DNA of 64,000 nucleotides, from IMG/VR virus record IMGVR_UViG_3300031566_000009, positions 1 to 64,000 of that record; one strand, given 5' to 3'. The position numbers and the translations under genes were made by a program. This document shows positions 38,339 through 48,462 of this stretch, in pieces. The notes below the pieces were generated by a model, which saw only the letters and a list, made by a program, of their open reading frames with translations, was not told where the DNA came from and searched no databases. Position 1 is the first letter of the stretch; the number at the start of each line of letters is the position of its first letter. The DNA is from a virus.

Positions 38339-41300
38339 TTATCCAGTGCTTTCGATGTAGTACCACAGATTGCTGTGAACGCGGAGCGTAAAATGTCCGG
38401 CAGAGTTCTCACGCAGCCGAGCATAGTTGAATGTTTGGTAATTCTCCCATAACCAGTCAATCGGTAAAGGCAACGACTCTGGATGAAAGCAATTATCAAG
38501 GTCGCATACCCTACAACTGGTAGCCAACTCAAAGATTCGTTTGGCGCGTTTGGTGTTACGTCTGATGGTTTTCACTCTCTCCCTCTTCCTGTGGACTCAA
38601 CTTCGTCCATACGTTCTCTGCATCCTGGCCAGCTTCGACTTTGGGTGTTGTTTGATGAATACTTGTACGGAAAAGTACGAATGCCCCTGGCAATAGCGAT
38701 TGTTGCCGTCGGTGTTTTCCCTGATCCAACGTCCGCAGATTTCGCATCGCCCCTTCATCGTTGCCCTCCTCACGCCATACACTCAAGGTAAATCGACGCC
38801 CCCTCTTTGGTGAATTCCCTGACACATTCCCAGACGACGTGGCCACAATGCAGGCAGTTCTCGCGCCTGAAAAGTTCAAAGTCTTTTACCTCTGAAAAGT
38901 CCCCTGCCACCCGTTCGATCCTTTCGAGCGCGTCTTCGTCATTTTCGGCGAGGAATCGGTACTCCTGGCTGCACTCCATGCCGTTCGGCCACCAAATGTA
39001 GCCTACCACGCGAGCTTTGTAGTCTTCCACTTTTCACCCCCTGTGTTTTGACTTGCCGGATACGATGCCTCCGGCTGGCATGATTTCACCGTTCGCGGCT
39101 GATCTTGACCTCTTCGCCGGCGCAGTCCACCCAAAGCATCAAAGTCCTGCCCTCGATGCTCGCGCCTTCTACATGAGCGACATCTTCGACTTCGCCCTTG
39201 TTGCGCATAAAGACGGTCAAACGGAAGCCGTCCTCTTTGCCCTGTGGCCCAAAGGCGATTTTTGATTTTCGCCCTTCTACTTCGGCCTCGACCCAGAAGT
39301 TCCTTACGTTGCGCGGCATTTTGCCCTCCCCTGATAGATTTTCAATCCGACATATCCCCCAGCGCAGTACTGTTTCCTGGCCTCCATGAATTCCTTCATG
39401 ACGTTGTTGTAGAATACCACGTAGGGGTTGTCTTCAGAGAATACCACGAATTTGCTCCCTGATGGTATGTCGTCGTGGCCACAAGCTTGCTTCCACAACT
39501 GCGCGACTACGGCCCGCAATCCTTCGATATACTTTTGGCCCGTCCGATTGATCTCCTCTTGCTTGCTCACTTTGTGCTCTCCTCTACTTGGCATCGGCAG
39601 AATACAATACTAGTCCAAGGCCGTTTGCCGACGGTGACTTTGTTTCCGTCATCATCGGTCTTTGTCATCTCAACGAACGTGGATAATCTCACTCCATACT
39701 CTCCACGTTTGACCTGATATCCCTGGGCCAACCAGCGTTTGTACGTGTACCAGTCTTCATATGGCTGGCATTGACAACCCCGTTTGACGGCTGCTGCGGC
39801 CACTCTCAGGGCGTTTGCCATACTATAACCAGTAAAGCTCTTGGCGTCTTGTGCGTTCACTTTGCGCCTCCCTGTTTCGCCGTTTTCGTGGCCCCTGCCT
39901 GGCCCCTGCCCCCACTTTACCGATTATGATGGTTTGGCCAGCCAGCTCCTCACTGACTGGCCTTCCCTGCTATGCCGACAATTCCGCGTCTCTCTTGGCT
40001 GCTCTCTCAGCCTCAGCTATAGTGGCCCAGTGGGCATCATACTGACAGCCCCAAATAGCTGCCCGTTTCGTGCGGAAGGGGCCAATAGCTGCTACATAGA
40101 GGTGGCCATGACTTTCCTCAGTTGGTGCGCTCCCCGCCTGGAAGATTTCTTTGATTCCCCCTCTATGCCCGATATACCATTTCTTCACTTTGCCCTCCCT
40201 GTTTTCGTTGATTCTCCAGTCTCCGCGTCAGTCCAGAAACGATTTTCTAGGCTGACTCCGAGGCTGGCGCCTCGGATATTCGGTTGTGGTATCCTGTTAA
40301 TGATGTGTCGATACTTCTCCTTCCTGATAGAGAATGCAGCCAGCATACAACCACTGGCTGGTATTCTGACCGTGGAAGTTGAAGGCGTTGCGTTGTGCTC
40401 TTGACCGATCAAATACTTCGAAATTCATGCTGTATTGACCGTTCGCCTGACTTGGCACTTGCAGATCTGAGAAGAGCACTTCGCCTTCGGTTGCCCGCAA
40501 CGCTTCGGCAACGCACCAACTCAACTCGCGCCGGAAACACTGCAGGAATTGATCTCGACACATGGGATCAGAATCTCGTGTATTCGGCAGCTTTTTGATC
40601 TCTGCCCGAATATCTGGGATACTGATTTTGATGGTGTTCGCTAGTCTTGTGGTCATTTTCCCCCCAATTTCAGAATCATCGCCAAGTTCCGCAAAGCCTC
40701 CCGATCTTGCTTTGCCATTTGGCATCGAGGGTAGTCTTCGCAGCCTGGACAAGTGTAGGGCCGGAAGCTGTCAAAGCAGGATTTGATGACGTCCTTCCTT
40801 GCGCGTTCTTCTTGTAGTCTGATCGTTGATGTTAGCATTCTGTCATTCTCCTGTCCAATAATGCGTTGAGTTCTCGTGCGGCTGTTGCGCTGATATAATT
40901 CCATCGAAGTGCCCAACCGATGTGATTAATGCGCCGTTGTCGTGGGAGGCGCATAATCTCACTCCACCATGCCATTGTGCCATGTGCTGTTATGTAGCCT
41001 AGTCGCTGTTGTCTCATTCTGTCAGCCTCCGTTGACGGTCAAATTCGTCATTTTCGGCATCTCGTGCATCCCATTCATGCATAATCTTCGTTGAGTACAG
41101 AAGTGCCCGGCAGCCAGCGGAGAAGATTCTAGTATGATCACTGTTGGTCAAATCTTTACTGGCTTCAGCCAAGAGCAAGTGTAGGGCGTCGAGGCGTTTG
41201 GCTTCTGGATTCTCATGGCTTCTGCATCCAGCTATCTCAGCCTGGATTCCGATGATGCGGATCAATCTGGTTACTCTATCTGGTTTGGTCATTCTGTCAG

Positions 41301-41376
41301 CCTCCTGGTGGTCTGTTGTATCACTATGACTATGATACCACATAGTTGTGCAAATCCTGTTCAATTTTTGTGTCAA
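38339..41376 (-). other. Second block of small leftward hypothetical genes
   Basis: Overlapping minus-strand ORFs (38339-38575, 38597-38782, 38770-39030, 39086-39319, 39304-39594, 39970-40188, 40297-40752, 41014-41376) with G-rich RBS. Confidence 0.75.
39567..39860 (-). CDS. ArdC N-terminal-like ssDNA-binding domain protein
   Basis: YS..N...WYTYKRWLAQGYQVKRGE.G...VF...QV. Confidence 0.7.
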   Translation of the reverse strand: MNAQDAKSFTGYSMANALRVAAAAVKRGCQCQPYEDWYTYKRWLAQGYQVKRGEYGVRLSTFVEMTKTDDDGNKVTVGKRPWTSIVFCRCQVEESTK

Positions 41377-41700
41377 ACCCGTGTCAGTTTCTCATAGAGT
41401 ATAATGCAATATACAGCAAACGACTATACTCGCAGACGTGGGATCGATGCTTCGTTATGTCAACGTGGCGGTGCAGGGGAGTGTAGTATATCATAGAATA
41501 CAGCAAACGATGATAGAAAATTATGTCAAGTGGACGAGGCTGCACTACAGTAGGCGAGGGGCTATGATACTCTATGGGTTATCGTTGACTATGGTATATT
41601 ATAGCATTGTATCGTTTGCTCGTGCAGGATTCATCGACAATTCTAGCATGGAGGGGATTGTAGGGGCGATTCGATGTGGTTATGTATATGATGATGCAAG

Positions 41701-41900
41701 ATTCGTTGCATTCGTTGCATTCGTTGCATTCGTTGCTGGTGGTGCTGGTGGTGGCTGGTGGTGGCTGGTGCCGGTGGTGCCGGTGGTGCTGGTGGTGGCT
41801 GGTGCCGGTGGTGCTGGTGGTGGCTGGTGCCGGTGGTGCTGGTGGTGGCTGGTGCCGGTGGTGGCTGGTGGTGCTGGTGGTGCCGGTGGTGGCTGGTGCG
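41701..41900 (+). repeat. Compound tandem array: (ATTCGTTGC)x4 then GCTGGTGG/GCCGGTGG-rich repeats with a 25-bp unit
   Basis: GCTGGTGGTGGCTGGTGCCGGTGGT x3 at 41788-41862; eight exact GCTGGTGG octamers. Confidence 0.92.
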
Positions 41901-42004
41901 GGACTTGACACATTATGGGTCCTCTCTGCTCGAAGGTCGCCCAGACCACTAAAATAGTGTCGTTTTCACCGCTCAATGATTTATTGCACGCGCAAAACAG
42001 AAAT

Positions 42005-42033
42005 TTGACAAAAGCACGTCTTTGTGCTAAACT
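42005..42033 (+). promoter_or_regulatory. Rightward early promoter 1
   Basis: TTGACA-AAAGCACGTCTTTGTGC-TAAACT. Confidence 0.8.
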
Positions 42034-42083
42034 CTTCTGCGTATTAAAAGAAAACCAACCAACTATAGAGAGGATTTAGGATA

Positions 42084-42365
42084 ATGATAAGTAAAATTTC
42101 GCTTCGCAAGAATATCCAAGAATTACAGCGCGAAGTTAGTGGTCTACGCATAATAACCGAGGTATTATGGCAAGCACAAGGGGATCCGAATTTGGAGATT
42201 GATATGCCTTCCTACGACGACCCCGAACCGTGGGCGATCCAGGCTTATCCGCGATATTGTAAAGCGTTAGCAAAGGAAGCCCAGCAACTATCAAAAGTAG
42301 TGGGCACAGAATTAAGAAGGTTGAAAGAGATGTTTTGCAGCCATAAAAATAGCACTCACGTATGA
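42084..42365 (+). CDS. Hypothetical protein
   Basis: Follows a promoter and a GAGG/AGGA RBS. Confidence 0.65.
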   Translation: MISKISLRKNIQELQREVSGLRIITEVLWQAQGDPNLEIDMPSYDDPEPWAIQAYPRYCKALAKEAQQLSKVVGTELRRLKEMFCSHKNSTHV

Positions 42366-42413
42366 GACATCGCTCGATGATTTATTGCACGCGCAAATCT
42401 ACGAAATCCAAAT

Positions 42414-42442
42414 TTGACAAAAGCACGTCTTTATGCTACAAT
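42414..42442 (+). promoter_or_regulatory. Rightward early promoter 2
   Basis: TTGACA-AAAGCACGTCTTTATGC-TACAAT. Confidence 0.85.
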
Positions 42443-42468
42443 GATGATTCGGAAAGGAGAATACAAAG

Positions 42469-43650
42469 ATGAACTTTATCAGCCTTTTTGCGGGAATAGG
42501 TGGATTTGATTTAGGATTTGAGAGTACAGGAATGACCTGTGAAGGGCAAGTGGAAATAGATGGAGCTTGTAATAATATACTTGAAAAACATTGGCCTAAT
42601 GTAAAGAGGTATGGTGATGTCAAAGAATGCGGAAAACACAATCTCGAACAAGTTGATCTCATCTGTGGAGGATTCCCCTGCCAAGACGTATCGGTGGCCG
42701 GACGCCGCGAGGGATTGGCTGGAAGCAAGTCAGGACTCTGGTTTGAGTTCTATCGAATTCTTGAAGAGCTTAGACCAGGATGGGTTGTCATCGAAAATGT
42801 TCCAGGCTTGTTATCATCTAACAAAGGACGGGACTTTGCCACCATCCTTCAAGGGTTGGCGAAACTCAGGTATCTGTCGGCCTGGAGAATCTTGGACGCT
42901 CAATACTTCGGAGTGGCCCAGCGACGCCGCCGTGTGTTCATTGTCGGACATCTTGGAGACGGATGTGCTGCCGAAGTACTCTTTGAGCCGACGTGCGGCC
43001 CAAGGAATACTCCGCCGAGCAGAGAAACGGGGGCGAGAGTTACCCCCTTTGCTCCAGGCGGCTTTGGAGAGTATAAGGAAGGATTAACTACCTTGCGAGT
43101 TGGTGGGGGGAATGATAGTCAAGGACTAGTGGCTTGGCATGAAAATAAATCTGGTGAACTTACTCCCTCAGACCATATGAAGGCTCTCCGAAGCGGGGCG
43201 AGTCATAGTTATCAAGGCATAGCTTATCAGCAGAACGATTTTGATGCCAGCAGAACAAATAATCAGCACATAATCTATCAAGAATCTCAGTATGGAATCA
43301 AGAAATACAACGAGGCTGGAAGTCTAAGAGCTGGTCGCATACCTGAGCATCAAATGCTAATACAGAATAATACCAAAACAGATAATCAGCATGTACTAGC
43401 TCCAACAATCGGTGCAGATATAGGGCGACAGGCTGGCGGACATCCTGGAATTGAAGAATATGTAGGGGCAGTACATTCAGCAGGTTTTGGCGTCCGTCGC
43501 CTCACACCTGCGGAGTGCGAACGATTGCAAGGCTTTCCAGATAATTGGACGGCGGGACAAAGTGATACCAAGAGATACAAGCAACTGGGAAATGCAGTTT
43601 GTGTTCCTGTTATAGAGTGGCTTGGACGACGGATTATGCAATTCAAGTAG
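42469..43650 (+). CDS. C5 cytosine DNA methyltransferase, large subunit
   Basis: FAGIGG, GGFPCQD, ENVPG, QRRRRVF, RRLTP.ECERLQGFPD and YKQLGNAV. Confidence 0.95.
   Translation: MNFISLFAGIGGFDLGFESTGMTCEGQVEIDGACNNILEKHWPNVKRYGDVKECGKHNLEQVDLICGGFPCQDVSVAGRREGLAGSKSGLWFEFYRILEELRPGWVVIENVPGLLSSNKGRDFATILQGLAKLRYLSAWRILDAQYFGVAQRRRRVFIVGHLGDGCAAEVLFEPTCGPRNTPPSRETGARVTPFAPGGFGEYKEGLTTLRVGGGNDSQGLVAWHENKSGELTPSDHMKALRSGASHSYQGIAYQQNDFDASRTNNQHIIYQESQYGIKKYNEAGSLRAGRIPEHQMLIQNNTKTDNQHVLAPTIGADIGRQAGGHPGIEEYVGAVHSAGFGVRRLTPAECERLQGFPDNWTAGQSDTKRYKQLGNAVCVPVIEWLGRRIMQFK
42611..43087 (+). CDS. Alternative-frame small (beta-type) subunit of the C5 methyltransferase
   Basis: 158-aa +1-frame ORF ending SLSDILE...KYSLS.RA..GILRRA..RG..LP..L..AL, recalled as resembling M.EcoHK31I beta. 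Confidence 0.7.
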   Translation: MVMSKNAENTISNKLISSVEDSPAKTYRWPDAARDWLEASQDSGLSSIEFLKSLDQDGLSSKMFQACYHLTKDGTLPPSFKGWRNSGICRPGESWTLNTSEWPSDAAVCSLSDILETDVLPKYSLSRRAAQGILRRAEKRGRELPPLLQAALESIRKD

Positions 43651-43721
43651 CCGCTAGATGATTTATTGCACGCGCAAAACAGCAAATCAAAAAGTATTCA
43701 TTGCACGTCCAAAACAGAAAT

Positions 43722-43750
43722 TTGACAAAAGCACGTCTTTATGTTACAAT
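43722..43750 (+). promoter_or_regulatory. Rightward early promoter 3
   Basis: TTGACA-AAAGCACGTCTTTATGT-TACAAT. Confidence 0.85.
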
Positions 43751-44034
43751 GGATTCACTCATAAGAAGGAGAAAATAAATAATGGAGTACGAATATGTGG
43801 CGTTGACGTGGAGAGCACTCGACGCAGAGGCGGATAGGTTCTTTCAGGATGACAAATGTGGCTATATTGGTGCAGGATGGAAGGAATATATTCGTGCGCC
43901 ATTCCCACCCCCACATTTTGGTGGGGCCTGCATCCTACGAAGAGCCAAGGAGGAACTGCGCATGTGGACAAAATCTGAATTGCAAGAGTTAATTAGAGAA
44001 ACTTAACATTTCATTACACGTCCAAAACAGCAAT

Positions 44035-44063
44035 TTGACAAAAGCACGTCTTTATGCTATACT
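44035..44063 (+). promoter_or_regulatory. Rightward early promoter 4
   Basis: TTGACA-AAAGCACGTCTTTATGC-TATACT. Confidence 0.85.
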
Positions 44064-44391
44064 CTCCAACGAAGACAAAAAGGAGGAGAACATGATGGGG
44101 GGAGTCTTATGTTGGTTAGGATTGCATAAATGGCTGTGGGGCAAAGTCTTACCTGCTCGATTTTGCCGTCGATGCGGATTACTGCAAAGTTGGCGTATTC
44201 CTGGAATGGGATCTTGGACTACTATTGGTCAATTGACAACTAAACTACGAGCATTTGATGAGGGAACGAGGGATGCGCTTGATGATTTATATCTTACTTG
44301 GAAACAGACTGGATGTTTTCCCAGTCGTTTTGATTTTTTGTTGTCCTTCAGATCGAGTGATGGAATTGACCTTCAGATCAAGGGCTAGAAT

Positions 44392-44420
44392 TTGACAAAA
44401 GCACGCCCTTGTGGTATAAT
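44392..44420 (+). promoter_or_regulatory. Rightward early promoter 5
   Basis: TTGACA-AAAGCACGCCCTTGTGG-TATAAT. Confidence 0.85.
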
Positions 44421-46199
44421 CTAAAAGGAGGTTGATAATGAGATTAAAGACTCGGTGGCAACGATGGGAATCTAAACATGAGGTAGAGTTGGGTACTATT
44501 GTTTTGATATCGCTTCTTCTACTTGGCATCTTTGGGTTTTACAGCCTCGGACGCGGTGAATTTGAAGACGACCTTCTTAAGGATGGCTACAATATTTCAA
44601 GAGATCTATCGAAGCTCGCCGGCGATGGCCGCTACACTATTCAGATATGGCAGGATGGTCAATGGAGTGATGTATCCAGGTGTGGTGAATAAACAACAAA
44701 AGGAGGAACAATGACTAAATGGAAAGACCTAGAGGCCACGGAAGCGGAAGCACTGGCACTGTGGAATGATGTGATCGAAGCACTATTGAATAAGATTCAG
44801 CATCATCGGGAGCAGGTATTGATTTCCTGCAGTCAAACTAATGTGACTCCTTATACATGGCACGTCGAAGCGATGCACCGTGCAGTTGAGACACTCGCCG
44901 TATTCGTAACTCCATATAGGAAAAATGACTGAAAATAATCGGCAAACAAAAAGGAGGATTCGATGATGGTGCAGGAAATCGAGAGTACCGACCTTGGTAA
45001 GATTATAGAGAAAGTGAAGAGCGTGGCAGCCCTTAATTTACCGTTTGAACTCACGGCGGAAGTGCAAACCACAACGCTTGGTGAGAACCAATATCGCCAT
45101 CTTCTTTACACCCTGTGTGTAAAGGATGCTCCACGAGGAGCGGTAATTGTCACTATAGGTGATAGCTGGCTCGTCAAGGAATAACCCAGGCTCGAATCTG
45201 GCCCAAGGATAGCAGGCTGGGTATGGCCTCACGAACACGAGACTAAGTGAGGCCGTGGAAGGACATAAATGAACGAAGAAAGACAGAGCCAAGTGCATCG
45301 ATTAGATTTCTCTGAAAGAGGAACGCCAGAAGAACGAGCTGCTCACAGTATTGAAGTTTATGAATCTATGAGTAATGCTCGCAAGCGAGCCAATTATTTG
45401 CTCCAAATTGCGCAATGGGCTGAAGCATACAATAAAGAACCAACTCCTATGACGCCAGAAGAATTTAAGACTATACTTGATTCCATATTCCCTGAGGAGG
45501 AGATTAATGATAGGTAAAGCGTGGACTAAACCGAGAAGGATGTGCAATCATCCTGAATGGAATTGGAATGAACCCAAGCCAGAGCCAGCAGAGATGATCT
45601 ATTTGTGTGACTGCGGTGAGAACTATAGTTGTCCAATTTGCGGCTGGGGATGGGCTGTATGGTCGTGTTCATGTATGCAGGAAAGATTAAAAGCCAAATG
45701 AATCACCTACTCATAACCTTTTCAGATGGCAAGAAATATACAATTCCTGTGCTTGCCTTGGCAGAGGACATCGCTAAGTTCTTTGCTAATCCCAAATACT
45801 TTCCTAGCGAAAGAACCTATGATGAGGTTTTCGACGCCGAATTGAATTACTACCTACATAATCCAGAAGATTTGATCGCCTGGGCCAGCGATATGCCTTG
45901 GGCAAAGGTGCGACCAATGCTCGATATTCACGAAACCTCCAGAGTTGTATTAGCTGGTTATCGCAAGGAATGGGGGATGGCAAGAAAGGAGATTATAGAC
46001 TTATGACTGAAAAAGAAATCCTAGAATTAAAAGAAGAAATCATACGCCTACGACTCATTATAAAGAATAGCATCGAAGATTACAGGGATGATTACCCAGA
46101 TATAGCTAAGGACATACTTATACGAGGGGTTCAAGAAACGCCTATTCATTTAATCCCGATTGGCGAGCCAGATAATTTCTTTAAGTAGAAGAGGAAACT

Positions 46200-46373
46200 A
46201 TGAGCCGAAAATCAATTACCCTGCGTGTGAACTCAGAGACTCCTGAAAAATTAGAGAGACTAGCAGAAAGATTGCACCTGCTTTCACAGAGGAGCCAAAA
46301 AGTAGGCAAGCCGAGCATTTCAAGGCTCTTAGATTTTTTGGCTGACAACTCAGAAAAGATAAATGTAGAATGA
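46200..46373 (+). CDS. Small ribbon-helix-helix-like protein (57 aa, absent from the ORF track)
   Basis: MSRKSITLRVNSETPEKLERLAERL...SISRLLDFLA; GAGG RBS. Confidence 0.55.
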   Translation: MSRKSITLRVNSETPEKLERLAERLHLLSQRSQKVGKPSISRLLDFLADNSEKINVE

Positions 46374-46594
46374 AAAAGGTTTATATCGCGGGGCCATACA
46401 CCAGGGGCGATGCGAGGAGAACAAGATGATGACGCAAGATTTCATACAGACATTAGAAATTCTAGTAAGGTTCGGCATCGTGGTAGATATGATTCTGCTG
46501 GCATTGATGGTTCTGCTGGTGGTTCAAAACCGCGACTAAAACTACTTGACAATTTCCACGCTCCATTGTATAACTTCCCCTGTCCTCCTCGCTT

Positions 46595-46623
46595 GAGACC
46601 ACCATTCGGTGGTTTCTTTGTTT
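46595..46623 (+). terminator. Rho-independent terminator before the packaging genes
   Basis: GAGACCACC-ATTC-GGTGGTTTC followed by TTTGTTT. Confidence 0.7.
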
Positions 46624-46650
46624 GCATTTTATAAAGCTTTGTAGTATAAT
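46622..46650 (+). promoter_or_regulatory. Promoter for the terminase operon (near-leaderless)
   Basis: TTGCAT-17 bp-TATAAT ending 9 nt before ATG 46660, with no RBS. Confidence 0.6.
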
Positions 46651-46659
46651 AACTACACT

Positions 46660-47130
46660 ATGCGATGGACATATAGACAGCGCAGATACCAAGAACTGCT
46701 CACCGTGCCAGAGTCAGAAAGACCAGAAGACTGCGATACTGACTCTGGAATAGCCAAGACTCTGGGAGTAGCCCTCAGCACACTCAAAGGTTGGAAGTTA
46801 GAGCCTGGTTGGTGGGAATCCGTCTCCGATATTGCAAGTGCTTACATCGGTGAGCGTCTCGCCGAGATATATGAGGCAATGGTCAAGCAAGCGTTGACTG
46901 GCTCCGTACAAGCTGCCAAGTTTTGCTTAGACGTGCTCGGCTTGACAAATCGAGAACTCACTCTCAATGTCAAACACTACGAAGATGATCGTCTCGTCGT
47001 CTTCCTCCCTGCTGAAAAGGGGCCTCCAATTATTCGCCCTCTGTTGGAGGCCCCCGCTCTTGAGGATACCATAGAGGGAAAAGTCCTGGAATCTAAACCT
47101 GTGGATGACGAATTGGTGATCGTATTATAA
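46660..47130 (+). CDS. terS: Terminase small subunit (HTH)
   Basis: IAKTLGVALSTLKGWK HTH and A..GSVQAAK; stop overlaps the terL start. Confidence 0.75.
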   Translation: MRWTYRQRRYQELLTVPESERPEDCDTDSGIAKTLGVALSTLKGWKLEPGWWESVSDIASAYIGERLAEIYEAMVKQALTGSVQAAKFCLDVLGLTNRELTLNVKHYEDDRLVVFLPAEKGPPIIRPLLEAPALEDTIEGKVLESKPVDDELVIVL

Positions 47131-48452
47131 TGCCCGTCGAATTCGTAGCCAGCGAAACACAAGCGGAATTCTTACGCAGTAAAGCCAGACTCATCTTATT
47201 CGGAGCTGGACTTGGTGCAGGGAAAACAGCTATTGGGGCTGTAAAGGCTATCGAAAAGGTCGGTCAGGGAGAGAGTGGCATTATCGTTGCGCCCAACTTT
47301 CCACACTTCGTTCGTTCAACATGGCCAGAGTTTTCTAAGTGGTTGCCGTGGAGCAGGGTAAAGAATGCTCACCTAGAACACCCATATACCCAGAGAAAAG
47401 AGTTACTCCTTGACATAAATGGAAAAGAGGTTAGAATACTCTATGGCGGTATAGACGAGCCAAAGTCCTGGCGTGGCCCCACCGTGAATTTTTTCTGGTT
47501 CGACGAAGGTGCGATGCGTAATAGCAGGGATGCTTTCGATGTCCTTTGTGGTAGAATTCGTACTGGTTTTCGGCCACAGGGATGGGTGACTACCACTCCG
47601 TCTGGAGTAAATCACTGGCTGTACGATGTTTTCGTCAAACAAGATTTCGATAAGAAGTTTCTGGAGGAATTCAAGAAGCAAGCAGACATCTACGGTGGAA
47701 AATTGGTGGAACGCTTTCATTGTGATACTTCAGAGAATATCCACAACGATGCTCTTTATTATGCCAGCTTGTTGACTACTTATCAAGGAAAATTTAGAGA
47801 ACAAGAAGTTGGCGGTATGTTCGTCAGCCTTGAGGGTCTAGTATGGGAAGATTTCTCTGAGGAACTCAATGTCACTGAGGAAGCTGACTATGTTTCGGGG
47901 GTTCCAGTAGAGTGGTGGGTGGATGATGGCTACACTAGGGCACACCCCCGCGTAATCTTACTTGCACAAGAAATTCCACCTTTTGTGAATGTCTTCGATG
48001 AACTTATAGAAATTTATGTAAAGGCTGAGGTTTCAATAGCTAATGTCCTGGACAAAGGTTGGCCGAAGGCGAAAGTCGCTTATATTGACTCATCTGCGGC
48101 GGAGCTTCGGGGCCGTTTGGAGGAACAAGATGTAGATACCGTAGGGGCGACTCATCCTATCGAGGAAGGCATCAAACATGTCGCTCCTTTCATTCTGAGT
48201 GGCGAGGGAGTGCGACATTTGCGATTTCATCCACGATGCACTTATGCGCCCACGAGTATGGCTTCATATAATAGAGACATCAATACGAACAAGCCACAGC
48301 AGTTGGGAGATGATGTGCCAGATACGGTTCGTTATGGACTTTGGGGAAGGGACTTGCTCGATCTTCTCGAAGAGGCAAAATATCAAAAGAAGTTAGAGGA
48401 ACGAAAAGCACAGGCTGTTGAGGCGCAACCATATATGAGCCAATTCTTCTAA
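47130..48452 (+). CDS. terL: Terminase large subunit
   Basis: Q..FL adenine motif, GLGAGKT, RG..VNFFWFDEG, TTTP, nuclease D.G and DD..D..RY. Confidence 0.92.
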   Translation: MPVEFVASETQAEFLRSKARLILFGAGLGAGKTAIGAVKAIEKVGQGESGIIVAPNFPHFVRSTWPEFSKWLPWSRVKNAHLEHPYTQRKELLLDINGKEVRILYGGIDEPKSWRGPTVNFFWFDEGAMRNSRDAFDVLCGRIRTGFRPQGWVTTTPSGVNHWLYDVFVKQDFDKKFLEEFKKQADIYGGKLVERFHCDTSENIHNDALYYASLLTTYQGKFREQEVGGMFVSLEGLVWEDFSEELNVTEEADYVSGVPVEWWVDDGYTRAHPRVILLAQEIPPFVNVFDELIEIYVKAEVSIANVLDKGWPKAKVAYIDSSAAELRGRLEEQDVDTVGATHPIEEGIKHVAPFILSGEGVRHLRFHPRCTYAPTSMASYNRDINTNKPQQLGDDVPDTVRYGLWGRDLLDLLEEAKYQKKLEERKAQAVEAQPYMSQFF

Positions 48453-48462
48453 GGAGAAAGTT

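Larger units (their letters stand above)
43782..46188 (+). other. Block of small rightward hypothetical genes
   Basis: ORFs 43782-44006, ~44092-44388, 44432-44692, 44711-44932, 44963-45184, 45269-45517, ~45507-45701, ~45698-46006, ~46003-46188, most with AGGAGG-type RBS or start/stop overlap. Confidence 0.75.

Noticed and set aside
41438-41976. Several Gly/Trp/Pro-rich ORFs on both strands
   Set aside because: Produced by the stop-free tandem repeat; no RBS
41701-44420. CRISPR array
   Set aside because: Repeats are either contiguous without spacers or are promoters separated by whole genes; the Cas4-like gene is a typical stand-alone phage nuclease
46370-46429. MKKVYIAGPYTRGD start resembling a nucleoside deoxyribosyltransferase-like family
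   Set aside because: Stops after 19 codons; at most a deletion remnant, too short to call
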